Shown here: in pieces, positions 1 to 9,282 of the stretch
Layout: every line of letters starts with the position of its first letter
Numbering within the stretch: position 1 is the first letter of the stretch
Assembly: GCA_964490075.1 (NCBI GenBank)
Contig: CAZBBK010000043.1
Coordinates: 1-47,809 of the forward strand
Length of the DNA stretch: 47,809 nucleotides
Direction: 5' to 3'
Source of the DNA: an uncultured Gemmatimonadota bacterium
GTDB taxonomy: Bacteria; GCA-2686955
The notes under the pieces: generated by a model
Told to the model about the DNA's origin: nothing
The model's input: the letters and a program-made list of their open reading frames with translations, nothing else
Databases searched by the model: none
Translations under genes and position numbers: made by a program

Positions 1-191
1 AAGGCCCAACAGGTGGCGCCGTCGGCCGAGGCGTCGATCTCGTTGTCGGTGATCTGGCCCCACTTGATCGACTGGTGCACGAGCTGCTCGGCGTAATGCG
101 CGGAGTCGGGCCGCACCCCCACCACCAGTCCCTTGCCATACTTGCCGTTGGGCGCCCCCTCCACGACTGAGCCGAGTTTGTGGAAACGCAT
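1..191 (-). CDS. 5' part of a hypothetical protein running off the window start (MRFHKLGSVVEGAPNGKYGKGLVVG...)
   Basis: ATG at 191 preceded by a purine-rich RBS (GAAAGGTAGGA); frame open to the window edge with GC3-rich codons; family not recognised. Confidence 0.6.
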   Translation of the reverse strand, partial: MRFHKLGSVVEGAPNGKYGKGLVVGVRPDSAHYAEQLVHQSIKWGQITDNEIDASADGATCWA

Positions 192-460
192 GATTCCTAC
201 CTTTCTTTCCAGGGCCGCCCCCCTTCGGAAACGGCCAGGCTCGGCGGTGTGGGCCTCGGCGGCGCCCGCGCCGCGCGGATGAGACCGGGCATCTCGCTCG
301 GGGACCGCGCGCTCGCTGAAGTCGCCGGGGCGCTTCTTCACGGGGAAGGGTAACCACGCGGGGTGGAGTTGGGGAGGGGGGTGTTCGCCAGGATGCCCCG
401 GGATCTCGACACGTTCGCCCGGCGATTCTCTGGGAGGGGTATGATGATCATCGAGGCGCC

Positions 461-799
461 ATGAACGAGAGCTACCAGGTTGCCGATGGACTACTGAGCG
501 AGATCGTGGACGTCATCGTGCGCGAGGCTTCGCCGGAGAAGGTCGTGCTCTTCGGATCACGCGCCCGAGGCGATCAACGCCGCCAATCCGATCTGGATCT
601 GCTGGTCGTGCTGCCAAGGCCCTTCGGCCCCGAGCTCAGTCGACGCCGCCTCGCCGGCCGTCTATGGCGTGCGTTGGCCGGCTATCCGGTGCCGATCGAC
701 CTGCTTCTTTACTCGCGGCAGGAGATCGAGAGCTGGAGCCAATCGCCCGGCCACGTTTCCACGATCGCCTTGCGTGAAGGCCGCGTGCTCTATGGCTGA
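461..799 (+). CDS. Minimal nucleotidyltransferase (MNT) antitoxin
   Basis: VVLFGSRARGD...SDLDLLVV motif (GS-x10-DxD), 112 aa, overlaps the downstream HEPN gene. Confidence 0.9.
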   Translation: MNESYQVADGLLSEIVDVIVREASPEKVVLFGSRARGDQRRQSDLDLLVVLPRPFGPELSRRRLAGRLWRALAGYPVPIDLLLYSRQEIESWSQSPGHVSTIALREGRVLYG

Positions 800-1184
800 T
801 CGGCGTCGAGCCATTTCGATGATTCGCATGGCTCGGAAAGACCTGCGCGCCCTTGAAGGGATGGACAAAGCGCAGATCTGGGCCGACGAGATCTTCGGAT
901 TTCATGCGCAGCAAGCAGCGGAAAAAGCGTTGAAGGCATGGATCCTCGCGCTCGACGACGACGCTCCCCGAACCCACGCCCTCAACGTTTTGCTGCTTCG
1001 TCTCGAGAATCTCGGCCAGCACATCACACCCTTCTGGGACCTGGTCGAGCTGCAGGGCTTTGCCGTTCAATTCCGCTACGAAGAAATGCCCGAAGATGCC
1101 GATCCGATTCCGCGACCGGCCATGAGGGGATCGGTCGAAGCTCTGGTCAACCATGTGAGCTCCGTCTTGGGCGACGACTCGTAG
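792..1184 (+). CDS. HEPN domain protein (partner of the MNT-HEPN pair)
   Basis: ATG at 792 overlaps the MNT end; FHAQQAAEKALKA, RTH and RY motifs typical of HEPN proteins paired with MNT. Confidence 0.9.
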   Translation: MADRRRAISMIRMARKDLRALEGMDKAQIWADEIFGFHAQQAAEKALKAWILALDDDAPRTHALNVLLLRLENLGQHITPFWDLVELQGFAVQFRYEEMPEDADPIPRPAMRGSVEALVNHVSSVLGDDS

Positions 1185-1318
1185 CCCGCGTAGGTGGTGA
1201 GCATCCAGCAGTCGACCCCGCAGTGCTCCGCCCGGCGAAAAGAGGGTTGGCAACCCCATCATCGTTCCCCTCGATCGTCGCAAGTCGGAAGGGACCTGGG
1301 CGCCGGGCCCACGCTCTC

Positions 1319-1347
1319 TTGTCGACAACCGCGCCGCGCTCCATACT
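1319..1347 (+). promoter_or_regulatory. Candidate sigma-70 promoter for the 1399 gene
   Basis: TTGTCG-17 nt-CATACT about 50 bp upstream of the ATG. Confidence 0.3.
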
Positions 1348-1398
1348 CGGCGGACTCCCGCCCGGCTCGCGCGGGCCCACCGCATCCTGGAGATCCCA

Positions 1399-3219
1399 AT
1401 GACTGGCCGACGCGTCTCTTCGATCACCGTGCTGCTCGCCCTGGGGGCGGGCGCCGCGCTCGCTCTCGTCCCCACCAACCCGGTGCTCGTGCCCGGTCCC
1501 ACCGGCGGCAACGAATCGCACAAGGTGGGCGACTACTTCGCCGTTCCGCCCCACGACTCGCTGCTGGTGGTGCAGTCGGGCGTCGACCGCGGCGACGCCT
1601 TTTCGGGCCCGACCGACTACCCGCCGCAGCGCCACATCGCCTACATCCCCAGCGAGGACACCTACATGGCCGCCTATGAGTGGAACGCGGCCAACGATTT
1701 CATGGTGTCGGCCCGCTACTGGCAGGAGGTCGCCGGCTTCGGCTTCTGGTCGGCCGAGGGAACGCCGAGTGAGCGTGGGTTGCAGAGCGACGCCGGGCGG
1801 CCGAGCCTGCACGCCCGCGAGGGCGGCCTGGCGATCGCCTACCACGGAGTCGCCGGCGCTTCCGATTTCCAGGTCTACTTCAACGACTTCGACTTCGCCA
1901 CGCAGTCCTGGGGCACCAGCCTGCTGCTCGCGGACGATCTGCCTTCCACCAACTTCCCCTTCCTGGACCGCTCGTCGGACGGCACCTGGATGGTGGCCTG
2001 CGACAACGGTGCGATCGGCAACCCCTACAACGACGTCATCGTGCTGCTCTCCAACGACGGCCTCACCTGGACACGTTCCACGGTACAGACCAACGCGGCG
2101 ATGAACTGGACGCTGCCGACCGGCGCCGCCGATCCGAGCAACGGCGACCTCTACGTCGCCTACCACGACGACTTCGACGACGATCTCGACGCCGACGTGG
2201 TGATCCACCGCTCGTCGGACGGCGGCGTCACCTGGTCGGCGCAGCAGCTGGTGGCGACGGGCGACCCCTTCGGCCAGGCGATCGTGCCGAGCATCGTGGT
2301 CGGCAGCGATCACGAGGTCCACGTCATCTACCAGCGCAACATCACGGGCGACTTCGTCGCCGGCGAAGGTCTGATGGGCTTCAACGAGATCGGCATCGCC
2401 GGCGCCCCCTGGTACGTCAGCGGCTCCTTCGACGGCGGCGACACCTGGAGCGGCGGGACCCCCGAGCCGATGCTTCCGCGCGAGGGCCTGGTGGCCGAAC
2501 CCGACAGCTGCGATCTCCATCCCACTCTGGCGACGGTGGCGACCGACACCTGCACCGGCATGCCGCAGCTCGGGATCTATCGCGGCGCCGCCAGAGATGT
2601 GCTCTACGCCGCCTACAATCAGCCATACGTCGCCGAGCGCCAGGCGGAAGGGACGATGATCTGCGGGCCCTTCCAGGTCTGGATGCAGAGCATGGAGGTG
2701 GGGGACGGCTTCCCGGGCGAGTGGAGTGAGCGCTGGATGGTCAGCGAGATCGATTGGGAGCAGTACGCCGAAGGTCGGAGCTCGATCTACGTGGGCATCA
2801 CCCACGAGATCCCGGTGGCCGGACCCGGACTGGTCTGGTCCGAGATGAACGAGTCCGCCGCACCGGCCAGCGTGCTCTTCAAGCGCCCCATCGCGGCACC
2901 GGGGATCGAGGACCAGCGCCCCGGCGCACCGGCGCCGCGGGGAACCGCCCGCCTGCACCCGGCGACCCCCAACCCCTTCAACCCGATGACGCGCATCGAC
3001 TACGAGCTGAGCGAGGCGAGCGTGGTTTCGCTGGAGGTCTACGACGCGGCGGGGCGCGTCGTTCGCACTCTGGAAAGGGGCACGCGACCGGCCGGACGGC
3101 ACAGCGTGACATGGAAGGGTACCAACGACAGCGGCGTCGCGGTGAGCTCCGGAGTCTACTTCTACCGGCTCGGAACCGAAGACAGCAGCGAAACTCGATC
3201 GATGCTGCTGGTGAAGTAG
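1399..3219 (+). CDS. Secreted BNR/Asp-box (sialidase-like propeller) protein with C-terminal FlgD-Ig/T9SS-type sorting domain
   Basis: N-terminal signal peptide; Asp-boxes SNDGLTW, SSDGGVTW, SFDGGDTW; C-terminus PNPFNP...YDAAGRVVRTL...W.GT.DSG..VSSGVYFYRL...MLLVK. Confidence 0.85.
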   Translation: MTGRRVSSITVLLALGAGAALALVPTNPVLVPGPTGGNESHKVGDYFAVPPHDSLLVVQSGVDRGDAFSGPTDYPPQRHIAYIPSEDTYMAAYEWNAANDFMVSARYWQEVAGFGFWSAEGTPSERGLQSDAGRPSLHAREGGLAIAYHGVAGASDFQVYFNDFDFATQSWGTSLLLADDLPSTNFPFLDRSSDGTWMVACDNGAIGNPYNDVIVLLSNDGLTWTRSTVQTNAAMNWTLPTGAADPSNGDLYVAYHDDFDDDLDADVVIHRSSDGGVTWSAQQLVATGDPFGQAIVPSIVVGSDHEVHVIYQRNITGDFVAGEGLMGFNEIGIAGAPWYVSGSFDGGDTWSGGTPEPMLPREGLVAEPDSCDLHPTLATVATDTCTGMPQLGIYRGAARDVLYAAYNQPYVAERQAEGTMICGPFQVWMQSMEVGDGFPGEWSERWMVSEIDWEQYAEGRSSIYVGITHEIPVAGPGLVWSEMNESAAPASVLFKRPIAAPGIEDQRPGAPAPRGTARLHPATPNPFNPMTRIDYELSEASVVSLEVYDAAGRVVRTLERGTRPAGRHSVTWKGTNDSGVAVSSGVYFYRLGTEDSSETRSMLLVK

Positions 3220-3244
3220 CAACCCCCATCCGACCGGCAGAGCG

Positions 3245-4888
3245 ATGCCGATGCCGCGCTCGATCCTGATCGGGATCATTGGGATTCCCCTGCTCGCCAC
3301 CGCGCTGGTGGCGAGCGGTTGGCTCGGCTTGCCCGCAGGCTACTCCTTCACCGGCTACTGCCAGGGCGACGAGCTGCTCTACACGGCCAAGTCGCTGGAG
3401 ATCTTCGAGAGCGGGCACCGCCTGCGCTACGGCAACCCCTTCTCGGACGATCCCGGCACGCCGGTGGTCTACGTCAGCCTGATCTTCAGCGCGATCGGCT
3501 GGATCTGGCGCCTGACGGGGATCGAACCGGTGTGGATCCTGTGGGGCGGGCGGCTGGCCGGCGGCGCGCTGACTTTGCTCTGCGCCTGGAGGCTGATTCG
3601 GCTCTGTGTCGGAGACGATCCCGAGGCCGCCCGTTGGTGCTTCTACTGGGCGGCGCTGGGCAGCGGACTGGGGTGGATCTTCGCCTCGGCCCATGGGGCG
3701 CTGCTGCAGCTCCACGGCAGCTTCGACCCGATCCTCGCCGGGGTGGCGGGCGGCGATGGGCTGCAGCTTTTCGGCTGGCTCGCCGACCGCGTCAAGCCGA
3801 CGGTTCCCCAGCACTACTCGCCCGGCATCTTCACCACCATCGTCCACGCCTACGCGGCGATCTACCAGGCGTTCTTCCTGGCGACCTGCGTGGCGCTGGC
3901 GGAACGGCGCCGGGTCTTGGCGGTCGTCCTCTTCGCGCTCAGCTACTGGGCGCACCCGTGGGCGGGGTCGATGCTGCTCTGCCTGGGCGGGAGCTTCCTG
4001 GCGATCGAGCTGGTGCTGGAGCGCAGCCGCGGCGATCTGGCGACCGGGATCGCCTTCGCGCTGATCGGCGCGGCGTGGCTCGCCTACTACCTGGTGTTCC
4101 TCGATTCGATTCCCGAGGCGCGGCAGCACGCCGAGCAGGTGCGCAACCCGCCCTACGACTGGCGGACGCCGATCACCCACCTGCCGCAGTATCTCGGGGC
4201 CTGGGGGACGGCGCTGGTGGGGGTCGTGCTGCTGCCCTGGCGCGGCACCTGGCGGCGGGTCCTGCAGAACCGCGGCCAGCGCCTGGTGGCGCTGTGGGTG
4301 CTGATCTGCTTCGTCATTCTGAACAACCACCGCTTCCTCGACCAGCCGCTGCAGCCCGATCAGCTTGGCGGGCGTTGGCTCTGGCTGCCCCTGGTGATCC
4401 TGGCCACGCTGGCGCTGCGGCACCTGGGACCGGTGTTCGGCCGGCGCGCGCTGATGGTGCTGGTGCTGGTCTCGTTGCCCGAGACCGTGCGCCTCTCCTA
4501 CGGCTATTTCGTCGCCGATCTGCGGCGCAACCGCGCCCTGGTCCGTCCACCGGAATTGAGCGCGGCGCTGCGGGCGGTGGCGGAGCTTCCGGGACGGCGC
4601 CTGGTGTTCTCGGACGATCCCGAGCTGGCCTACGTGATCGTGGCCCACACCCCCCACCGCAGCTACTTCAGCCACTGGTGCGAGACCCCCCACCTGGTCG
4701 AGCGCATCGAGCTGCTGGAGCGCTTCAGGACGGCGCCGAAAGTCGCGGTGCCGGACAGCCTGGGAGCGGATCTCCTGGCGTTGACCGCGCCGGTCGCGGC
4801 GCAGATCGCGGCTGACCCGGGGGAGCTGGGGGAGGTGCTGCACCGCAGCGCGGACTACGTCGTGGTCGATCGCGCGGGCGCGCTCTGA
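3245..4888 (+). CDS. Polytopic membrane protein, possibly a GT-C-like glycosyltransferase
   Basis: Many hydrophobic segments, acidic DE motif in the first loop (QGDELLY), soluble C-terminal tail; GT-C is inference. Confidence 0.6.
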   Translation: MPMPRSILIGIIGIPLLATALVASGWLGLPAGYSFTGYCQGDELLYTAKSLEIFESGHRLRYGNPFSDDPGTPVVYVSLIFSAIGWIWRLTGIEPVWILWGGRLAGGALTLLCAWRLIRLCVGDDPEAARWCFYWAALGSGLGWIFASAHGALLQLHGSFDPILAGVAGGDGLQLFGWLADRVKPTVPQHYSPGIFTTIVHAYAAIYQAFFLATCVALAERRRVLAVVLFALSYWAHPWAGSMLLCLGGSFLAIELVLERSRGDLATGIAFALIGAAWLAYYLVFLDSIPEARQHAEQVRNPPYDWRTPITHLPQYLGAWGTALVGVVLLPWRGTWRRVLQNRGQRLVALWVLICFVILNNHRFLDQPLQPDQLGGRWLWLPLVILATLALRHLGPVFGRRALMVLVLVSLPETVRLSYGYFVADLRRNRALVRPPELSAALRAVAELPGRRLVFSDDPELAYVIVAHTPHRSYFSHWCETPHLVERIELLERFRTAPKVAVPDSLGADLLALTAPVAAQIAADPGELGEVLHRSADYVVVDRAGAL

Positions 4889-4900
4889 TCGGTCCCCGAG

Positions 4901-5434
4901 TCAGCGCCGCCGGTCGGCGCGAATCTCGTCGATCACCCAGGCGCCGGCCTCAGGGCGGACCGAGATCAACAGGCGCGTGCCGCGGACCGCCCCGGTGCGC
5001 TCGTCGACGTAGCGCCAGTCGTACACCGCGTGCGGCGCGTCGCCCCCCGCGCGGTGTCGATTGAGCTCGAACTTGCGGGTCTCGGTGCGGTCGAAGAGGC
5101 GCTTGAAGAGGAAGTAGATCTGCGAGGGGCCATACTCTCCGGCACGAGCGGCGCCGCCGACATCGATCGAGATCCGCCGGTCGCCGAAGGCCGCCAGCAG
5201 GACGGAGAGGTTTTCGCCCCTCCAGGCGGCGGCGAAACGCTTCAGCACCACCTCGGCTTCGACCTTCTGCTTGGATTCGACTCGGGGGCCGCCGGGGCGC
5301 TGGACGGCACGCGGCGCCGGCACCGGCGAGCGCGCGGCACCGGACACCTGGGCATGCGCCGTGAGGGCACCCGCCAGGACGATCGTCAGAAGGCAAGAGA
5401 CGCGTCGCAAAGAAGGCTCCGAGATGCTGAGCAA
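4901..5434 (-). CDS. Exported NTF2-like protein (DUF4783-like); start uncertain
   Basis: Signal peptide (...ALTAHA/Q); GEYGPSQIYFLFKRLF pattern and terminal W.I.EI strand. Confidence 0.6.
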   Translation of the reverse strand: MLSISEPSLRRVSCLLTIVLAGALTAHAQVSGAARSPVPAPRAVQRPGGPRVESKQKVEAEVVLKRFAAAWRGENLSVLLAAFGDRRISIDVGGAARAGEYGPSQIYFLFKRLFDRTETRKFELNRHRAGGDAPHAVYDWRYVDERTGAVRGTRLLISVRPEAGAWVIDEIRADRRR

Positions 5435-5485
5435 CCTCGATCCCTACTCTATAGATAAGCCATCGAGTGGAGCGATTCCACCGTC

Positions 5486-6424
5486 TCAGGCCCGCGCCTT
5501 GACCCGCGGAGTCTTGACTGGCGCCACAGAGCGCGGCCGGCGCTCGTTCCACTCGAAGAGAACCGGCGAGGCGACGAAGATCGACGAGTAGGTTCCCACC
5601 AGCACTCCGATCATCAGCGCCAGCGCGAAGTCCTGGATCACCGATCCGCCGAGAATCATCAGGGTGGTGACCGGGATCAGCGTGGTGACCGAGGTGATCA
5701 CGGTGCGGCTCAGCGTGCGGTTGATGCTCTTGTTGAGGATCTCGCCGTAGGGTCTGCGGCGCATCAGCTTGGTGTCTTCGCGGATGCGGTCGAAGACCAC
5801 GATGGTGTCGTTGAGGGAGTAGCCGACGATGGTCAGAAGAGCCGCGACGATCGGCAGGCTGACGTCGCGCTGCACCAACGTCAACAGCCCCACCACGACC
5901 AGCACGTCGTGGGTCAGAGTCACGATGGCCGCGATCCCGAATCGGAACTCGAAGCGCACAGTGATGTAGGCGACGATCGCGATCAACGCCAGAATAATGG
6001 CGGTGATCGCCTGCCCTTTGAGCTCAGCGCCGACCTTCGGTCCCACCATGTCGGCCGAGAGCACCTCGACCGAGGAATCGACCGCGGACTGCAGGGAGCC
6101 GACGATCGCCCCGCCGCGATCGTCACCCGCCTCGACGCCTTCGACCGGCAGCCGCACCAGGATCTCGGTGCCGTCTCCCACCGTCTGCACCTCGGCGCCG
6201 GTGACATCGAGCGCGCTGATCGCGCCGCGCACCGACTCGATGGTGGGGGCGGTATCGAAACGTATCCGCAGAGCCAGCCCGCCCGCGAAATCGATGCCGT
6301 AGCGCAGCCCGCCGTTCGCCACGATGGAGGCCAGACCGACGCAGATCACCAGGGCGGAGATCACATACGCGAAGCGTCGCTTCGCCATGAAGTCGACGGT
6401 GGTGTTCTTGAATATCTGTAGCAT
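5486..6424 (-). CDS. secF: Protein translocase subunit SecF
   Basis: GIDFAGG, VGPKVGAEL, GYSLNDTIVVFDRIRE, GTYSSIFVA; directly downstream of secD. Confidence 0.97.
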   Translation of the reverse strand: MLQIFKNTTVDFMAKRRFAYVISALVICVGLASIVANGGLRYGIDFAGGLALRIRFDTAPTIESVRGAISALDVTGAEVQTVGDGTEILVRLPVEGVEAGDDRGGAIVGSLQSAVDSSVEVLSADMVGPKVGAELKGQAITAIILALIAIVAYITVRFEFRFGIAAIVTLTHDVLVVVGLLTLVQRDVSLPIVAALLTIVGYSLNDTIVVFDRIREDTKLMRRRPYGEILNKSINRTLSRTVITSVTTLIPVTTLMILGGSVIQDFALALMIGVLVGTYSSIFVASPVLFEWNERRPRSVAPVKTPRVKARA

Positions 6425-6433
6425 GGGTCGACC

Positions 6434-8179
6434 CTAGATGCTCAGGCGCCGCATGCGCCCTGTGCTGTAGAGGAAGTCGAAGGCGATGCGCGAACAGAAC
6501 ACGGCGGTGAAGACACTGGTGACGATTCCGATCATCAGGGTCACCGCGAAGCCCCGAATCGGGCCGCTCCCGTAGTAGAAGAGGATCAGGCCGGTCATGA
6601 AGGTGGTGATGTTGGCGTCGAGGATGGTCTGGAAGGCCCGCTCGTAGCCGGTCTGGATCGAGGCCACGATCGACTTTCCGGTTCGGAACTCCTCGCGGAT
6701 CCTCTCGAAGATCAACACGTTGGCGTCGACCGCCATGCCCATGGTCAACACGATTCCGGCGATGCCGGGCAGCGTGAGGGTGGCGCCGAACATCGCCAGC
6801 GCGGAGAGGATCAGCACCACGTTGATCACCAGCACGGTGTTGGCGACCACGCCCGAAGCGCGGTAGTAGACCAGCATGAAGACCAGCACGAAGGCGAGGC
6901 CGAAGAGCCCGGCGGTGGCCCCGGCGTCGATCGAGTCCTGCCCCAGAGTCGACCCGACGGTGCGCTCCTCGACGATCTTGATCGGCGCCGGCAGGGCGCC
7001 GCTGCGCAGCACCACGGCGAGGTCGTTGGCCTCCTCGGCGGTGAAGGCCCCTTCGATCTGGGCGCGGCCGTCGGGAATTCGGGCGCGCAGCACCGGCGCC
7101 GAGCGCACCTTGCCGTCGAGCACGATCGCCAGCTGGCGACCGGTGTGGTCGCCGGTGATCTGCGCGAAGCGCTTCACGTAGTCAGACTTGAAGGCGACCG
7201 ACACGATCGGCTCGTTGAAGCGGCGCTGGTCGAAGGAGAGGTTGGCGCGCGACACCGCGGCGCCGGTGATCTCTGCCTCGCGGTTGAGGAGATGGAGCCG
7301 GGCGTAGCTCTCGAAGGGATTGGCGGCGTGCTTCGACTCCTCGACGACCCCGAGGCGGAACTCGAGCTCGTCGGGCATGATGTCGCGCACCTCGGACAGG
7401 GCGAGAATCGCCTCGACCGCGGGGATCTTGGCCTCGGGGACCGCCAGGTTGAGACCGCCCTCCTCGGTGTAGCCAAAGGACTGCAGCAGGCTCAGGAAAG
7501 GGTGCTCCGACGCGACGCTGGTCTCGATCGCCTCGGTTTCGGTCGGCTCGAGGTCGGCGAAGAGGGCGGCCATCGCGGTGTCGATCGCGGCGCTGTCGGC
7601 CTCCTCGCCCATGGCGAGCACCGGCGGCTCCTCGGGCGCGGGCTCGGCGCCCGATGCGGTCGCGGAGTCCCCGGCTGCCTGCGCGTTTTGCACCTCGAGG
7701 GCGATCTCGTCGATCACCTGGATCAGCTCGCTGGTGCGCGACGAGAGGGCGACCAGCTTGAACTCCAGGAAGGCGGTGCGGCGCACGATGTTCTTGGCCC
7801 GCTCCGGATCGTCGACCCCGGCCAGCTGGACCAGGATCCGGCCGTCGCCCAGCGGCTGGATGATCGGCTCCTCGACGCCGAACTCGTCGATTCGGTTGCG
7901 GATCACCTCGAGCGCGCGCTGGTAGGCGTCGTAACGCTCCTCCTCGGTCATGTCCGTGGCGTCGATCTCGATGACCATGTGCATGCCGCCCTGCAGATCG
8001 AGTCCCAGCGAGATCGAGCTCGATTGCAGTTCCTGATAGGCGTCGGCATCGGCGGCTTTGAGGGCGGCGCGCCCCTCGCCGCCCAGCCCCACCAGGCGCA
8101 TGGTCGACCAGAGGCCGGCGATCGCGATGAGGATCACCACGATGGTGGTGGCCAGGCGGCCGTAGAGTTTCGTGTCCAT
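6434..8179 (-). CDS. secD: Protein translocase subunit SecD
   Basis: LGLDLQGG, IRNRIDEFGVEEP, LRSGALPAP, TLPGIAGIVLTMGMAVDANVLIFERIREE. Confidence 0.97.
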   Translation of the reverse strand: MDTKLYGRLATTIVVILIAIAGLWSTMRLVGLGGEGRAALKAADADAYQELQSSSISLGLDLQGGMHMVIEIDATDMTEEERYDAYQRALEVIRNRIDEFGVEEPIIQPLGDGRILVQLAGVDDPERAKNIVRRTAFLEFKLVALSSRTSELIQVIDEIALEVQNAQAAGDSATASGAEPAPEEPPVLAMGEEADSAAIDTAMAALFADLEPTETEAIETSVASEHPFLSLLQSFGYTEEGGLNLAVPEAKIPAVEAILALSEVRDIMPDELEFRLGVVEESKHAANPFESYARLHLLNREAEITGAAVSRANLSFDQRRFNEPIVSVAFKSDYVKRFAQITGDHTGRQLAIVLDGKVRSAPVLRARIPDGRAQIEGAFTAEEANDLAVVLRSGALPAPIKIVEERTVGSTLGQDSIDAGATAGLFGLAFVLVFMLVYYRASGVVANTVLVINVVLILSALAMFGATLTLPGIAGIVLTMGMAVDANVLIFERIREEFRTGKSIVASIQTGYERAFQTILDANITTFMTGLILFYYGSGPIRGFAVTLMIGIVTSVFTAVFCSRIAFDFLYSTGRMRRLSI

Positions 8180-8361
8180 CAATCGAATCCAGTTACTGCT
8201 CTGCGTCGGCCCGTGGGGCGGGTTCGGGGACTCGCGTTTCGGGGCGGCGCAACGGGCAAAACGAACGCGACCGAGCTGCTGTCGGCGCGGGCGTCACGGC
8301 TCGCGCATCCAGCATCGGGGAGCCGGTCGGCCAACGTCGGCCCGATTTCAGGGCCAGCTCA

Positions 8362-8541
8362 GGGTCCGCGCAGAAACAACTTCCCATTTTGGCGCCCAGA
8401 TGTGGTTCAGATCTGGTCGATCGGCGAGCCCCGAAACCGGAGGAGTAGCAGCGCTACTTCGAGGATTTCGGGACTCGCCGATCGGCCAGAGATGGGCTGC
8501 AGATGGGATGCCAGAATGGGAAGTTGTTTCTGCGCGGACCC
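8362..8541. mobile_element. MITE-like palindromic element with 27-bp perfect terminal inverted repeats and a 3-bp TCA duplication
   Basis: GGGTCCGCGCAGAAACAACTTCCCATT (8362-8388) is the exact reverse complement of 8515-8541; TCA at 8359-8361 and 8542-8544; interior also self-complementary. Confidence 0.75.
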
Positions 8542-9282
8542 TCAGTCCGCCGCGGACCCTATCACATCCAGGGCGGTCAGTCGTTTCATCAGACGCACCG
8601 CCTCGCCCAATCCATCGAACACCGCGCGGGCGACGATGGCATGGCCGATGTTGAGCTCCTCCATGCCCTCGATCTGGGCCACCGGGATGACGTTGCCGTA
8701 GTCGAGCCCGTGCCCGCCGTGGAGATGCAGCCCCAGCTCGCGCACCCGCGCCGCCGCCGAGGCGATGCGCTCGAGCTCGTCCCGCGCCTCCAGCGGGGTG
8801 CCGGCGTTGGCGTAGGCACCGGTGTGGATCTCCACGCCGTCGGCGGCAATGCGCGCGCAGGCCTCGACCTGGGCCGGATCCGGATCGACGAAGATCTGCA
8901 CCTGGATTCCGGCGTCGCGCAGCCGGGCCACCACCCGCGCGATGCGCTGCTCCGCGCCGAGCAGGTCGAGCCCGCCCTCGGTGGTCAGCTCCTCGCGCCG
9001 TTCCGGCACCAGGCAGCAGTTCTGGGGCCGCACGTCTAGGGCGATGCCGACCACGTCGGGATCGATCGCCAGCTCGAGGTTCACCGGGACCGAGACCGCG
9101 CCGGCGATCGCCCGCAGGTCGTGCTCCTGAACGTGGCGCCGGTCTTCCCGCAGGTGCAAGGTGATGCCGTCGGCGCCGGCTCCTTCCGCGACGACCGCGG
9201 CCCGCACCGGATCGGGGCTGGCGCCGCCGCGCGCCTGGCGCAGGGTCGCCACGTGGTCGATGTTCACTCCGAGACGAGGCAT
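8542..9282 (-). CDS. pdxJ: Pyridoxine 5'-phosphate synthase
   Basis: LGVNIDHVATLRQAR, HLREDRRH, ELTTEGGLD, EIHTGAYA, GHGLDY, ELNIGHAIV; ATG overlaps the upstream stop (TGATG). Confidence 0.97.
   Translation of the reverse strand: MPRLGVNIDHVATLRQARGGASPDPVRAAVVAEGAGADGITLHLREDRRHVQEHDLRAIAGAVSVPVNLELAIDPDVVGIALDVRPQNCCLVPERREELTTEGGLDLLGAEQRIARVVARLRDAGIQVQIFVDPDPAQVEACARIAADGVEIHTGAYANAGTPLEARDELERIASAAARVRELGLHLHGGHGLDYGNVIPVAQIEGMEELNIGHAIVARAVFDGLGEAVRLMKRLTALDVIGSAAD

Noticed and set aside
1244-3230. Near-direct repeats GCAACCCCATC (1250) and GCAACCCCCATC (3219) flanking the Asp-box gene, as att or cassette sites
   Set aside because: Only 11-12 bp with an indel, no integrase and no attC structure; compatible with chance
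1147-3300. Long antisense or alternative-frame ORFs (also 2978-4843, 7145-8701, 13995-15839, 19941-21719, 21979-23661, 38747-41188, 38958-41237, 42530-44944)
   Set aside because: Shadow ORFs of high-GC coding DNA that overlap genes with clear motifs and have none of their own
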